Below are positions 23,823 to 35,484 of a stretch of 64,000 bases of DNA, one piece after another; the stretch's first letter is position 1, and each line of letters opens with the position of its first letter. The notes below the pieces were generated by a model. That model saw only the letters and a program-made list of their open reading frames with translations. It had not been told where the DNA came from and ran no database searches. Origin of the DNA: Rebecca billardiae RCC1528 (lineage: Eukaryota; Protista; Haptophyta); assembly GCA_965240325.2 (NCBI GenBank), contig OZ251226.1, forward strand, positions 124,001 to 188,000, written 5' to 3'. Both the position numbers and the translations under genes were made by a program.

Positions 23823-24769
23823 GGGGAGTCGACTGCTGACAGATTGCACGAAAAACCGTTGGCCCCAATTGGGATCTGACTAAACTGTATTCCTCGGGAT
23901 ACCTATTGGAAGGCCATCAACTTTGTAAGAATCACCGGACTTCGCGTGTCCTACCGGAAAACTCGCTCCGCTCGCATGCTTGTTCTGACAGAACAACCAA
24001 TGCGAGCGGGGCTCGCGATTATTCGTCTAGTATAATTCAGTACTTGCCGAAGTTGATTAATCGATTCGATCTACCGTTGAGTAACAGTAACAATATTCTC
24101 ACTAATATAACTACATCAGTTCAATATTAAATATATATATATATATAGTCGCGTCGTATTATTAGTAGTTATAGAATAATAAGTAAGAGAAATAAGAGTT
24201 AGATCGACTGCTTAGAGTACTCGTCGATGACGATGCTGCGCGCCCCCATCAGGTGGAGGGGACTCCGACTACCGTGCTAATTCGCGCTATACTAGGCCGT
24301 GACAGTGCATCAGCCGGCGCATCCGCCGCCGCGACCCGGCGACCGTCGGCATCGCAGTCATCGCACTCATAGCATTGAGTGATGACTCAGCGCGACAGCG
24401 GGCAGCGGGCGCAGCGGCGCAGCACCAGCACGGGCCGTGCAGGGCCAGTAGGTGCCAGCTTGTTTGGTAGCGGCGCCGCCAGTGGCCGTGGCAGCTGGCG
24501 GTTCAGAAGTGCGGTCGGCGGCGGGTTGCCGCGCACTGCTCTGCCGACTGCTGCTGCGCCGCGCTAGCGTCGGCTCGGCAGACGGCTCGCAGTCGCGCGT
24601 ACCGTCGCGCGTACCGTCGAGCGGCTGCGCCAGCAGCCCCGGGGAAGCGGCGCGAGCGAGGCTGCGGCCGGGCGGCTCTGCGGCGGCGGCGCTCGGCGGC
24701 GCCCTTCCGCCGAGGGGCATCGGCCGGGTGGCGCTCCTCCGCGCTCGCGCGCGCGCGCAGTGTGCGTGC

Positions 24770-24862
24770 GCGCAGCGCAGCGCAGCGCAGCGCAGCGCAG
24801 CGCAGCGCAGCGCAGCGCAGCGCAGCGCAGCGCAGCGCAGCGCAGCGCAGCGCAGCGCAGCG
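24770..24862. repeat. (GCGCA)n pentanucleotide microsatellite
   Basis: Directly visible. Confidence 0.97.
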
Positions 24863-24872
24863 CTGCGCAGCG

Positions 24873-25079
24873 GCAGCGCGGGCTCAGGCGGCGCCCGTCT
24901 TGGCTCGGCGCGTGAGTGCCATGGACATGGTGGGGTTGCAGCGCAGCGCGGGCTCAGGCGGCGCCCGTCTTGGCTCGGCGCGTGAGTGCCATGGACATGG
25001 TGGGGTTGCAGCGCAGCGCGGGCTCAGGCGGCGCCCGTCTTGGCTCGGCGCGTGAGTGCCATGGACATGGTGGGGTTGC
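24873..25079. repeat. 70-bp tandem repeat x3 containing the stop codon of the TPR gene
   Basis: GCAGCGCGGGCTCAGGCGGCGCCCGTCTTGGCTCGGCGCGTGAGTGCCATGGACATGGTGGGGTTGC repeated; the TCA (minus-strand TGA) falls at 24884, 24954 and 25024. Confidence 0.97.
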
Positions 25080-27216
25080 GCGCGACGCCCTCGGGGCGCA
25101 TGTGCATGCGCGCCTTGATCTCCTGCACGCGCGGGTGCGTGTCGGGCAGCTTGAGCGCCTCGTACATCTTCTTCGCCTCGCCCATCTGCGCCTTGCCCGC
25201 CGCGCGCTCGCTCGGCGCCTGCCCAAACCTGTACTTGAGCTCGCCCTGCTTGGCGCACACGTACGCGCTCAGCTCGTGCAGCTCGCCGTACTGGTCGACG
25301 CAGTCGGTGCGCAGGTCGTCGAGCGCGGCCTGCGCGTCGACGGCGTACGTGGGCGTCGTCTTCGCCAGGTCGATCGAGAGCACCACCGAGTTGAGCCGCG
25401 CGGCGATCGTCATCGGGTGCACGCTCTTGTACTCCTTGCGCAGCACCTCCTCCGCCTCCACGTACAGGGAGCGCGCGTGGTGCAGCAGCGCGGTCTGGGG
25501 GTCCGCGTGCGACTCGACGGCGGTGTCGACGAGCTCGGAGGCGAGCGCGGCGAGCGTCTGCCTGTCCGCCGTGTCGATCCGCACGCGCAGGTTGTTCGCC
25601 AGCGCCATCTGCGCGTACGCCGTGTTCAGGTGCTCGTCGCCCAGCTTGTCGCGCGAGCGCTTGAGCACGTCCCGATAGTGCGGCGTCGCCTGCGCGTGGT
25701 CGCCGTGGTCGCGCAGCGCGTTGGCGAGCTGCATCTGCGCGCCGAGCGAGCGCTCGTTGCGGTTGCTCGAGACGAGGTCCGAGAGCGCGAACGAGTTGGA
25801 CAGCTCGATCAGCTTCTCGTAGATCCCGATCGCCTCGCGCTGGTTCGCCTCGCCGCCCTTGCGCCGCAGCATGTTGGCCAGCGTGTTGCTCGCGTCGAGC
25901 GTGAGCTCGTGCTCCTCGCCGTACCCGGCGGCGACGAAGGCGACCATCTCGCGCGTGCGCTTGAGCGCGGCGTCGACGCGGTCGAGCTCGACCTCGATGT
26001 AGATCATCGCGCGCCACAGCTTGAACACGTCCTCCCGGTCGACGCTCGCGCGCCCCACCTTGAGCGTGCGCTTGCTCTCGAGCTCGCGCACGCAGCTCTG
26101 CACGAGCGCCCAGCCAAACTCAAACACAAACTCGAGCAGGCTCATGTAGACGGTGCGGTCGGCGGCCTCGATCTGCTCGTCGGTGCCGATCGCGTTGAGG
26201 ATCGCGGTGCGCTCGGCCACCGAGCGCGGCGTCGTGTTGCCGAACGTGAGCGTGCGCAGCATCTGCAGCAGGTACGCGCGCGCCTCGTCGTCGAGCAGCA
26301 TCGCCTTGAGCTGCGGCTCGTCAGACGGCACGAGCCGCAGCGTGAGCTTCACGCGCGGCGAGGCCTTCTTGGCGAGGTAGAGCGAGTAGAGGAACTGCAT
26401 GTCGTACATGGAGTACGAGATCTCGCCCGAGTCGTCCACCAGGCTGAGCACGAACACCGCCTCGCGGCACGCGAACAGCGCGTCGTCAAAGTCCTTCTCG
26501 TAGTAGCGCTCGCGCGCCTCGGCCGCGCGCCGCTCCTGCTTCTCCTTGAGCCGCGCGGTGCGCTTCGCCTCGGCGGTGACGCCGTCGCGGTCGAAGGTGC
26601 GCTCGGCGGCGTTGACCGCCTGCACCACCTTGCTCTCCAGCTTGTTCTGCGCCTCGGTCAGGTCGTTCACGATGTGCTCCAGCCCCTCCGCCCACAGGTC
26701 GATGCACAGGATGTCCAGGTAGAAGAAGGTGCCGCCGCCGCGCCCGAGCGCGCGCACGGCGTCGAGCGCGTCGTGGAAGTCGGTCTGCGGCGCGATGGCG
26801 AGGTAGACCGACGCGCGGCCCACGCCCGACGCCGAGCCCGGGAGCTGCGCCGCCGCCGCCGCCGCGCTCGACTTGAGCAGCAGCTGCGCATACGATTGAT
26901 CCTGCCCCTTCGTCATCGGCCGGATGAGCTTCGACGCGATGAGCGAAGAGCGCAGGTCGTACTTGGAGTAGTCGAGCGTGTCCTTGTCCTTGTCCCGCCC
27001 CTTCACTGACGCGCGCCGAATCGCCTTGATGGGCGAGCTCGGCAGCCCCACGCCCTTCACCATCGACGGCCTGCGCGCGCCGGCCGGCTGAGACTTGCCC
27101 GTCTGCGAAGGCGCGCGCCGCTCGCCCTCCTGCTTCATGTACGCGGCGAGCACGTCCTGCATCAGGTCGACTGTCACGCCGTCCACCGCCGCCGTCGGCC
27201 CGGCGCACTTGAACAT
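25024..27216 (-). CDS. TPR-repeat protein (kinesin-light-chain/NPHP3-type TPRs)
   Basis: YGEEHELTLDASNTLANMLRRKG, LGDEHLNTAYAQMALANNL, HPMTIAARLN, PDTHPRVQ; normal amino-acid composition; ATG at 27216 (MFKCAG) assumed as start. Confidence 0.8.
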   Translation of the reverse strand: MFKCAGPTAAVDGVTVDLMQDVLAAYMKQEGERRAPSQTGKSQPAGARRPSMVKGVGLPSSPIKAIRRASVKGRDKDKDTLDYSKYDLRSSLIASKLIRPMTKGQDQSYAQLLLKSSAAAAAAQLPGSASGVGRASVYLAIAPQTDFHDALDAVRALGRGGGTFFYLDILCIDLWAEGLEHIVNDLTEAQNKLESKVVQAVNAAERTFDRDGVTAEAKRTARLKEKQERRAAEARERYYEKDFDDALFACREAVFVLSLVDDSGEISYSMYDMQFLYSLYLAKKASPRVKLTLRLVPSDEPQLKAMLLDDEARAYLLQMLRTLTFGNTTPRSVAERTAILNAIGTDEQIEAADRTVYMSLLEFVFEFGWALVQSCVRELESKRTLKVGRASVDREDVFKLWRAMIYIEVELDRVDAALKRTREMVAFVAAGYGEEHELTLDASNTLANMLRRKGGEANQREAIGIYEKLIELSNSFALSDLVSSNRNERSLGAQMQLANALRDHGDHAQATPHYRDVLKRSRDKLGDEHLNTAYAQMALANNLRVRIDTADRQTLAALASELVDTAVESHADPQTALLHHARSLYVEAEEVLRKEYKSVHPMTIAARLNSVVLSIDLAKTTPTYAVDAQAALDDLRTDCVDQYGELHELSAYVCAKQGELKYRFGQAPSERAAGKAQMGEAKKMYEALKLPDTHPRVQEIKARMHMRPEGVARNPTMSMALTRRAKTGAA

Positions 27217-27552
27217 GCTCCCCGCGGGTCGCTCGCCGGTGCGGCGCGGCGGCACGGGGCGTGGGCGAGAGAAAGCGAGCGCTCTGCGGCCACCCTCGTT
27301 TGGCAGCCCGCGTGCAAGAGCAATTCACGAGCGAGGACTGACGACGCATCTTTGGACGACGGAGCCGCGCCCGGGTCGCGAGCCGCGCGCACGGCTTCAT
27401 TTACGCTCAGAACTTGAGCAGCTCCCGACGCCTCCCGTGAGCGAGCCGCCCTCGAAGATCACTAATTGGGCTTGTATGCTGTCGGCAATGGCATACCCCC
27501 GCCCCCTCTGGAGGCGGGCTGTCCACAGCGGAGTGGTGTCAAGGCACTCGGT

Positions 27553-27674
27553 GTATCGGTCAGTGGTTTGAGGTTGGGTGAGGGTGGTGGTTGGTTGGGG
27601 GCTGGCCAGGGTAGGGCTGGAGGCTTCGGCCGCCAGTCTGATCACCCGGAGCCCGTTATAAAGGGGAATTTAAA
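27553..27674 (-). repeat. 122-bp dispersed repeat, copy A
   Basis: Reverse complement of 61693-61814. Confidence 0.95.
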
Positions 27675-27839
27675 GCATAGCATTCGATAGTGCGCGGGTA
27701 AAACTGACTAGGAATACCGTGCAGTCGTGATGGCTGATGGCTCTACTCATGAAGAGCCCCTGCTGCTGCCCCCTGACAACAGCGGGCCGCCCCGGTGCGT
27801 CGCGCATACGTGGCAGCGCCGCGCGCCGACGCGACGGGC

Positions 27840-30157
27840 TCAGGCCTCCTCCTCGCCCTCGGCGCGCTGGCGCTTCCACTTGTGCGCCATCTCGAGGATC
27901 TTGAGGCTCGGCTGCGCCGCCTGCTCGTCCGGGTACACGTAGTCGTAGTACTCCTCCCACCCGCCGTCGGTGCCGTCGTCCGCGACGAGCGCGCGCTTCT
28001 TCTTGACGCGCTTGGGCAGCAGACCCTCCACGGAGGAGACGCGCTCGGCGTCGTCGCGCGCGCGCGCGCACTGCAGCCAGCCCTCGAGCACCGCCAGCCT
28101 GCGCGGCGCGGGAGGGCGCGCGCAGAGCGCCGGCGACCACGCCGCGTCAGCACGCCGCGCCGCGTGGGGCCCGCCGCCCCCGCGGCCGCCGCCCTCGCGG
28201 CCGCGCCGCCGCGCCGCGCCGCGCGCCCGCGCGCCGCACCGCTCGGCCTTGAGGCCCTCGGCCTTGAAGTGCGCGTGCGCGTCCTCGAAGACGCGGTCAC
28301 CGCTGCCCGGGCCGCACGCCTCCTCCTGCGCGGCGCGCGGCGCGCGGCGGGAGCAGCCGCGGCGGGGCGGCGTGCGGGCCGGCGGCGTTGGCGCGCGTGC
28401 ACGGCGCGAGCGCGGCGGCGGCGCGAGCGCGGCGGCCGAGTGCGCGGCGGCCTCGCGCGCGCGCGCGCGCGCACCTCCCAGCGCGCCCAGCTGAGCCAGA
28501 CTTTGACGTGCTTCGTGCGCTCGAGCAGCCGCGCGTACAGCGCGCGCACGCGCGCCGGCTCCTCCCCCAGCTCCGCCTCGAAGTCGATGTACGCCTTCCA
28601 CGCAAGCTCAGGCATGTCGAGCGCGGGCTGCGAGATCGCGATCTCGTGCACGGCGCGCGCGCGCTCGTGCTCGGCGAGCGAGGCCTCGAGCTGCGCGAAG
28701 GCGATCCACGCGGCGGCGTTGTGCGGCGCCCACGAGACCCACTTCTCGTACAGCGTGCGGCAGCGCTCGATCTCGCCCAGCTGCAGCTCGAGCTGCACGT
28801 ACGCGCGGAAGAGCTTGGGCTTGGGCGCGCAGCCGATCGCAGCGCCCAGCAGCTTGCGCGCCGCGCCCAGCTGGCCGCGCCGCAGCTCAAAGTGCGCCGA
28901 GTGGATCCAGAGCTTGGCGAAGGTGAAGCGCGCGTGCGGCACGAGCCGGCGCGCCGCGCCGAGCACCGCGCGGCACCGCCCGTACTCCTTCGCCACCGCC
29001 TCCTCGAAGATCGCGTACTTGAGCCACAGGTAGATGTACCGCCGCCAGTGTCGCTTCTCACCGCCCGGCGGGGCGTGGGCGACCGCGCGCTCGTACACGT
29101 CGCGCACGCGCTCGGCGTTGGGCGCGCCGAGGGACTCCTCCAGCCGGGCGTAGTCGAACCAGTGGTCGTACTGCAGCGGCTCCGCCGCCACCGCCTCCTC
29201 GTACTGCGCGCGCTTCTTCGCCACCACCACGTCCTCCACCGCGGCTCGGTCGCCGTGCGCGCGCTCAAACTGCGCGTGGCGCGCGCTCAGCGCCTCGCGC
29301 TGCGCCTCGGGCAGCGAGTCGAGCGAGAGCGCGTACTTGTAGATGACGCGCGCGCGCTCGTACTCGGTCTGGCGCTCCTCGAACTCCGCGAAGCGCACGA
29401 ACAGCTCGTCGCTCAGCAGGTCGTCGCGCAGCTCCTCCAGCGCCGCCTCGAAGACGGCGCGCGCGCGCGCCACCTCTCCCTGTGCCTCCTCCCACTTGGC
29501 CCAGCGGCCGTACGCGCGCGGCAGCTGGTGGCAGCGCACGTAGCGCGCGTACACGGCGCGCGCGCCGGGCGCGTTGTTGTGCCGCGTCTCCAGCCGGATG
29601 AACGCGAGCCACGCGTGGTCCGCCGGCTGCCACGCCACCCAGCGCTCGAAGACGGCGCGCGCGCCGCCCAGGTTGCCCAGCATCTCCTCCATGGCCACGT
29701 ACTTGAGCCAGAGGCCGTCGACGCGCGGGAGGAGCGTGACCGCGCGGTCGAGCACGTTGCGCGCGGCGTTCACGTGCCGGTTGCGCATCTCCATCTCCGC
29801 GTACGCCAGCCAGCACCGCTTGTCGCGGTGGTCCACCTCGAGCGCGCGCTCAAACACGGAGCGCGCGCGCTCAAACTCGGCCTGCTCCTCCTCAAACTTG
29901 GCGTAGTTGAGCCAGTGCGTCATGTTCTGCCGGTTGATGCGCAGCGCGTCCTCGTACCCCTTCCGCTTGCGCAGGCGGAACATCGCGAGCTCCTCCGGGT
30001 CGGTGATGCGCTGCTTGGGCGGCTTGATCTCCACATCCTGCCGCTCCGCCGCCTCGCGCAGGATCTGCTCGGCGGTGATCTGCATCGGCGCGGGCGCCTT
30101 GTTCTTCGCCTTGACGGGGGCGCGCATCGCCGAGATCACGGGCGGGGGCGGATCCAT
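27840..30157 (-). CDS. CRNKL1: Crooked-neck/Clf1 pre-mRNA splicing factor (HAT repeats); introns 28326-28474 and 28099-28239
   Basis: [59 protein letters not shown]-terminal [29 protein letters not shown]; GT-AG introns restore the frame. Confidence 0.97.
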
Positions 30158-30334
30158 CGCGCCCGCCCGGCCGCGCGCCCCGCGGGGGAGCGGGCTCTTG
30201 TGTGGCGGCGGTGAGGGTGGGGGCGCCCACGACGGCGGTGGGCCCGGTCCGTGCTGACGACTCGTCGTCGCCGTGGCGCACGCTTGACGCTTGCCTTCAG
30301 TCCTCACAGAGCGCCAAGCCCACAATCCTCGAGC

Positions 30335-31180
30335 ATGGCGTCTTCGCCGCGGCCGCGCCGCCCGAGGGATCGGGACGCAAGCCAACCGCTGATCGACGGG
30401 TTGCCGCCGGACGTGCTCGCGCGCGTGCTCGAGTGCATCACCCTCCCCGCCCTCCCCGCCGCCGTCCGCGCCATCGCGCTCACGTGCGCGCGCTGGCGCG
30501 CCGCGCTCGAGCCCGTGTGGCCCGCGCTCGCGCGCCGGCTCGAGCCCGCGGCCGGCGCGGGTCCGCGCGCGGCGGCGGGCGGCGCGCGGCGCTCCGACCG
30601 GCTGGTGCGCTCGGCCCGCGACGGTTTCGTCCACGCGTACGCCTCGCTGCGCGCGCGCACCGAGAACCTGCACCACGCGATCGCCACGGCCGCGCAGGAC
30701 GCGCGCGACCTGTCGGTCGCGCGCGTGCGCAGGCTGCTCGAGCGCTGGGGGCCGTGCCTGCTCGACCGCGTGTCGCCGGTGTACGACGCGACGGCGCTGA
30801 TGGAGGTGTGCCGCGCACGCGGCGTCTCGGACGCCACGCTCGCCTCGATCGCCGCCGAGCTCCTCCGGCGCGGCGCGAGCGCGCGCGCAGCCAACGCAGA
30901 CGGTCTCTCTCCGCTGCTGATCGCGAGCGCGCGCGGGCTGCCGCGGCTGGCGGCGGTGCTGCTCGGCGCCGGCGCGGACCCCGACGCGCGTGGCAGGGGC
31001 GGCTTCCGGCTGTGCGGCTCGCAGCGCACGCTCCGCGGCCACTGGAGCGCGCGCGAGTGGGTGGTGCACATGCTCGAGCGGGAGCGAGCAGCGGGTGTGC
31101 CCTCGGCCGCGCAGCGCTCGCTCCGGCGCTGCGGCGCGCTGCTCGAGGGCGTGGCACCCGCGCCACCGGAGCCGGCGTGA
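30335..31180 (+). CDS. F-box-like plus ankyrin-repeat protein
   Basis: [23 protein letters not shown] (F-box-like); [45 protein letters not shown] (ankyrin). Confidence 0.75.
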   Translation: MASSPRPRRPRDRDASQPLIDGLPPDVLARVLECITLPALPAAVRAIALTCARWRAALEPVWPALARRLEPAAGAGPRAAAGGARRSDRLVRSARDGFVHAYASLRARTENLHHAIATAAQDARDLSVARVRRLLERWGPCLLDRVSPVYDATALMEVCRARGVSDATLASIAAELLRRGASARAANADGLSPLLIASARGLPRLAAVLLGAGADPDARGRGGFRLCGSQRTLRGHWSAREWVVHMLERERAAGVPSAAQRSLRRCGALLEGVAPAPPEPA

Positions 31181-31694
31181 GCCGCGGCGCGGATGCGCTG
31201 CGCGAGGTCGAGAGCGCGACCGCTGCCGCCGCGCGCGCCGCCCCGCGCGTCGTCCCGGGCGCATCGCCCGAGTGCCTCGCTGTGCGGACGACTGCGCCGA
31301 GTGCTGCCCAGTCACAGTGGCCCACCGCATGGGCCACGTTCCTGACCGCGGTCGGCGCGGATATGACGGCCCGACGCAGACTACGCACGCTGACGCAGCC
31401 TGGTAATATTACTATAGCGACACTGCTGCTGGGCGCTCCGCGCTGTCACTCACGTTCACTGTCAATCAGACTCAAAGTCAAATGCCAATGGTCAGACCGG
31501 AGTCCGGGCAGTCCTCACTCCGCAGTCCGGCCACTCCAACGGCTCCGACGCCGCCAGAGTTAGACTTTGAATACTGCTTACTACGCGACGTACTACTTAG
31601 AGATATCCCGCCCCCGCCGGGCCGACGGTAGCTGCTTACGGAATAACATATATTAACGACGTGGTATGCAACGGGCAGGCGTCAGAGTCAGCAA

Positions 31695-33411
31695 TAGGGG
31701 GGCCAAAGTGGCACTGTAGCGTTACTGACGGCCACGAGCGCGGGTCCTAGCGAGTGTTTAGAGCTGATTTCGGGCTGGATCATTTGCCCTCTGGGGGGTT
31801 CTGGTCCGGCCATGTAAAAAAATCAGGTGCACATACCCTGAATATAGGGCGTAACGGCTAGCATATTTACTTATTAGAATGAGCCTGAACTTATTGGAAA
31901 CGGTACGTAACGGTCGTCCTATATGTGACATATAGACCATGTCGACCTCACTTTGATAGAGCATCTCAGCGAGATCGTTCTGAGTCCCCAGCAGCAGCAG
32001 GTCCCAACATGCGATATAGGCTGTGTACTGGCAGGCTGTCAAATATGTAGTTTCCTAGAAGCCACCGATCGTTACATACCCACTGTGTATATAGGCGCCA
32101 TGCTGATGAATACAGCCTCGTCTGATCTCGAGCTGCGAGATACGTTTTCAGACTGTGTATTACGGCCACGCGTACGGCGTATTGCAGACATAGTAGACCC
32201 AAAGCACCGGCCCCACGTCCTTAGCCCGGGAGTGCTCTCGGTCATAGTCAAGGTTTAAAGTGACTCGAGCCAACCGTCACCGCTCCCTGGCCGAGACCTA
32301 CGAGGCAGGTCAAATCTGTCGTCGTCGCAGTGCGGCACAGTGCCGAGCATGCGATTCGGCAGCAAACGTCTGCTCCAGGCGGTGGCTGGCGTGTCTGCAC
32401 CAAACCAGGCTGGATGGGATTGGTCCATATAGGTACGCACTACCCTGTTCCGCGCTATTTCTGGGCTTAGGGGCGGATATTCGGCCTACAGAGGCTGATC
32501 CGGCGCTGTTCAGCGCTCCTGGCTGGCTGCGCGGAGCCCAACGGCAAGCGCCGGCGTGTGCAAGGTGTCAAGATTGAGACGGTCTCTGACGCTCCCGCCG
32601 GTCTTGGGCGCACCAGGGTGCATGAGGGCCCATCTGCATCTGCTTCTGCAGGCATGAGCGTCACAGGGGCGCGCTTGCAGGCACGGTCGAGTGCACGTCG
32701 GACCTGTCGAATGAGCCAACCGCTGCCTGCGAGCACGTCCGCGACGTCCTGAGAGGCGAATGGGAGGCGCCCAGACGCCATCAGAGGGCACACGTGACCC
32801 ATACCCAACGTACTGACCATCGCAAGTGCCACGGCAGGTGCAAACACGGGCCCTACAAGCGGAACATGACAGTTGCGAGCTCCGCGGAGGTGTTGCGCGC
32901 GAGCTCGCGCCGGTCTGCTGACGGCGATTCCGGCGCAGCAGGGCAGGTTAGGCGAGCTGGGCATCCACATACATACATGGGCACTTGGTGCGAGCATCGA
33001 TCTCAACTGTGCGAGTTGATCATGAGCCACACCGTGCGGTAGCGTGACGGGCGCACGCAGCGCGCCAATTCAAGCCGGCCGACGCGCGCCGCGCACGGCG
33101 CGAGATGGCCAAGAAGCGGGTGGTGAGCCGCTGGTGGCGCAAAGGCACGGGTCAGTAGCGCCCACCAGCGTCACGCGCGCGCGCACCCGAGACCATCTCG
33201 GCGTCTCAAAGGTCGCGAGCGCGCGGCGGTCCACTGCCTCCGGCCGCTCGCGCTGGAGCGGAACCGAGCTCTGAGCGTCCGAAGGCGTGAAGCTCGATTT
33301 TCGAGCGGGGTCCGAGAAAAAGGCTCCGCGCCACCCTAAAAGGCCGAGGGCGGAGCGAAAATGCGACGCGACTTTGCTTTTCATTTTTAAATGGGCGGTT
33401 TGGCCCCCCTA
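31695..33411. mobile_element. Non-autonomous hAT-like DNA transposon, 1717 bp
   Basis: Perfect 13-bp TIR TAGGGGGGCCAAA (31695-31707) / TTTGGCCCCCCTA (33399-33411), flanked by direct repeat TCAGCAA (31688-31694, 33412-33418); interior has lower GC and no intact transposase. Confidence 0.85.
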
Positions 33412-33499
33412 TCAGCAAGCTGTAGCAGCAGATCGAGCAGCAGAGACAAACACCAGGATCAGCGCTCCTCGCCGTCGTCCCCCCCCTCATAGTCGCCCA

Positions 33500-33787
33500 T
33501 CACTCCATCGCCGAGCGGAAGCTCGACGCACCGTCTGGCGTCGACGCGCACGCGCCACCGCGGTGGTCGCGGTGCCACGCGTCGTCAGCCGTCGTCTCGA
33601 AGTAGTCGTCGTATGCAGCGCCCCCGCGGGCGCGTGCCCCCGGGCGCACGTGCGCCATGCGCGCGCGGGCGATGAGCATCTTGGCCTGGCCACGCAGGCA
33701 GCGCATGCCCAGCTCGCGCCGCATGGTGCCGAGCAGCGCGCGCTCGGCGGCGGGGCGCGAGGGCGCGCTGAGGCGCGCGCGCCACAA
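33500..33787 (-). mobile_element. Probable 3' fragment of a non-LTR retrotransposon ORF (CRE/RLE-type C-terminus)
   Basis: ALLGTMRRELGMRCLRGQAKMLIAR..AHVRPGA resembles the RRx[LI][GS]xxxxR[GA][QN]AxxLxxR terminal helix of RLE-type elements. Recalled similarity, not searched. Confidence 0.45.
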
Positions 33788-34077
33788 GTAGTACTGTCAT
33801 ATCTAACTAGTACACGCGTACATACCGACGATTATAATACTTAGCACGCGCACTAACTTAGTATTGTACTAGATAGCAGAGAATATCTGACCGTGAATAA
33901 TATCGAACTGCTGTACTATAAGACTCTGTAGCGCTCGAGCAGTCGCGTATAATTTAATGATGATATATAGCTAAGCGACTGCGGAGACTACTGAGCCAAT
34001 CCGCCGCAGAGCAGTGCCGCGATTGGCGCGTCACCGTATTTATATATAAATATTAATTATATTTCCGTCTTTTTATA

Positions 34078-34082
<5 letters not shown>

Positions 34083-34111
<29 letters not shown>
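34083..34111. repeat. (TA)n microsatellite in an AT-rich island
   Basis: Directly visible. Confidence 0.95.
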
Positions 34112-34734
34112 TGCGATGTCATGGCGTCAGTCAGCGTATAGGGCTTATCACTATCAGCCGCCACCCACATACATCAGTGACTCACCGCGGCCGGCGGACT
34201 GGTTATCAAACTGCTCGGGACCGCGGTCCGTTCGAGCAGGGCACTCGGTGACTGAGCACTAGCTAGCAGGGCCAGGCCCAGGCGCCGGGGCGGCGGGCGC
34301 GGCCGCGGGCCGCCGCCCGAGCGCCGGCAGCCTATCAGTCATACTGATCACTAACTGTTAGCCGTTCGACTAGCGGTACTGAATCGTCGTTATATAATTA
34401 TTATGACTCTATACCGCCGCTACTCAGACCCCGCGACGACAGCCATTAGCCACCGCGACTCAATCATATTATCTGAATGAACCGCGCGGTCCGAGACCGC
34501 TAGACCCGCCCGCCCGCCGCGGAGGCGGACCCCGAGTCACCCCGGGGCCCCGGGGGACCCCGGGCCGCGCGGGCCGCGCCGCCCGCGCGGGCCCCGGGAC
34601 GTCAGTCAGGGTCGCCGTAGCGCGGCGGCGGCTCATATCCTTCTAGCAGAAGGACTGCTCACTGCTGCCAGTACAGCTCCTAAGCAGCAGTGGCATGTTG
34701 TCAGCAGGGTCGGCGGCGCGCGATTCAAAATAAT

Positions 34735-35280
34735 TTACCTGTGTGAGACAAAGGAGAGGAAGCCGCCCCACGCCACGCTGGCGACTGACAAGAAGGGCAC
34801 ACGCGAGTGCAGCGGGACGACCCCGAAGCTGATCGCGTTGACGACGGGCCAGAAGAAGCAAGACGACGTGACAACGCCCGGCAGCTCTCGCTCGAGCTGC
34901 CGCATCAGGTCCGCCCGCACCTTGGCCCAATCGACTGCGCTCGCGCCCATGAGTGCCTCCATGTGGCTCGTCCATGCCATGAAGCCGGCCGAGGAGAAGG
35001 GCGTGAGGACGAGCTGGTTGACGAAGACCTTCGTTGCGAGCGGCGCGAGCGTCGTTCCCGGCCATCGCCTGTCGAGCACTCGCAGCCACGCGAACACAAT
35101 CGGCGAGAAGCCCGCGTTGAACGTGGAGACGACAAAGTTGCGACGCACGTCCACCGAGCCGTCGCCGCCGAGCTGCACCGCGCCGTCGCCGATTGCCATA
35201 ACGCCAAAGCCGGTGATGGCGCTCGAGGTCAGCGGCCACGTGGTCTGCGTCGAGACGTAGGCCCTCCACAGCCGCTGCAT
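34735..35280 (-). CDS. Mpv17/PMP22 family membrane protein
   Basis: WPLTSSAITGFGVMAIGDGAVQ, DVRRNF, KVFVNQLVLTP, FWPVVNAISFGVVPLHSRVPFLSVASVAWGGFLS. Confidence 0.92.
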   Translation of the reverse strand: MQRLWRAYVSTQTTWPLTSSAITGFGVMAIGDGAVQLGGDGSVDVRRNFVVSTFNAGFSPIVFAWLRVLDRRWPGTTLAPLATKVFVNQLVLTPFSSAGFMAWTSHMEALMGASAVDWAKVRADLMRQLERELPGVVTSSCFFWPVVNAISFGVVPLHSRVPFLSVASVAWGGFLSFVSHR

Positions 35281-35484
35281 GGCGCTGCTGCGCGATCAGC
35301 CGGCCGCCGCGTGTACAGCCGTGAATCTCGTGCCTCGCGGTCTTGGGCGTGGGGCCGCCGCGATCGAGAGAATTGCGAGCGACCCGGAGCGACCGTGAGA
35401 GGATGCACAGCTGCTTCTGCCCGACCTTTTATTCTTGAGGAATTACTGCGCGCAGGCTGGTAGTTTTTACAGGCTCACAAGCGG

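Noticed and set aside
21193-23883. Long ORFs encoding (HTGTHWHTLA)n or (CQCVPVCASV)n, superficially metallothionein-like
   Set aside because: Translations of a stop-free 10-bp DNA array open in all six frames; no synonymous variation or other sign of coding.
27743-31330. 1195-aa crooked-neck ORF
   Set aside because: The N-terminal extension is antisense to the F-box-ankyrin gene and the C-terminus reads through introns.
34112-34640. Palindrome-rich segment next to (TA)n as a possible MITE (similar segment at 52480-52957)
   Set aside because: No terminal inverted repeats or second copy identifiable by eye.
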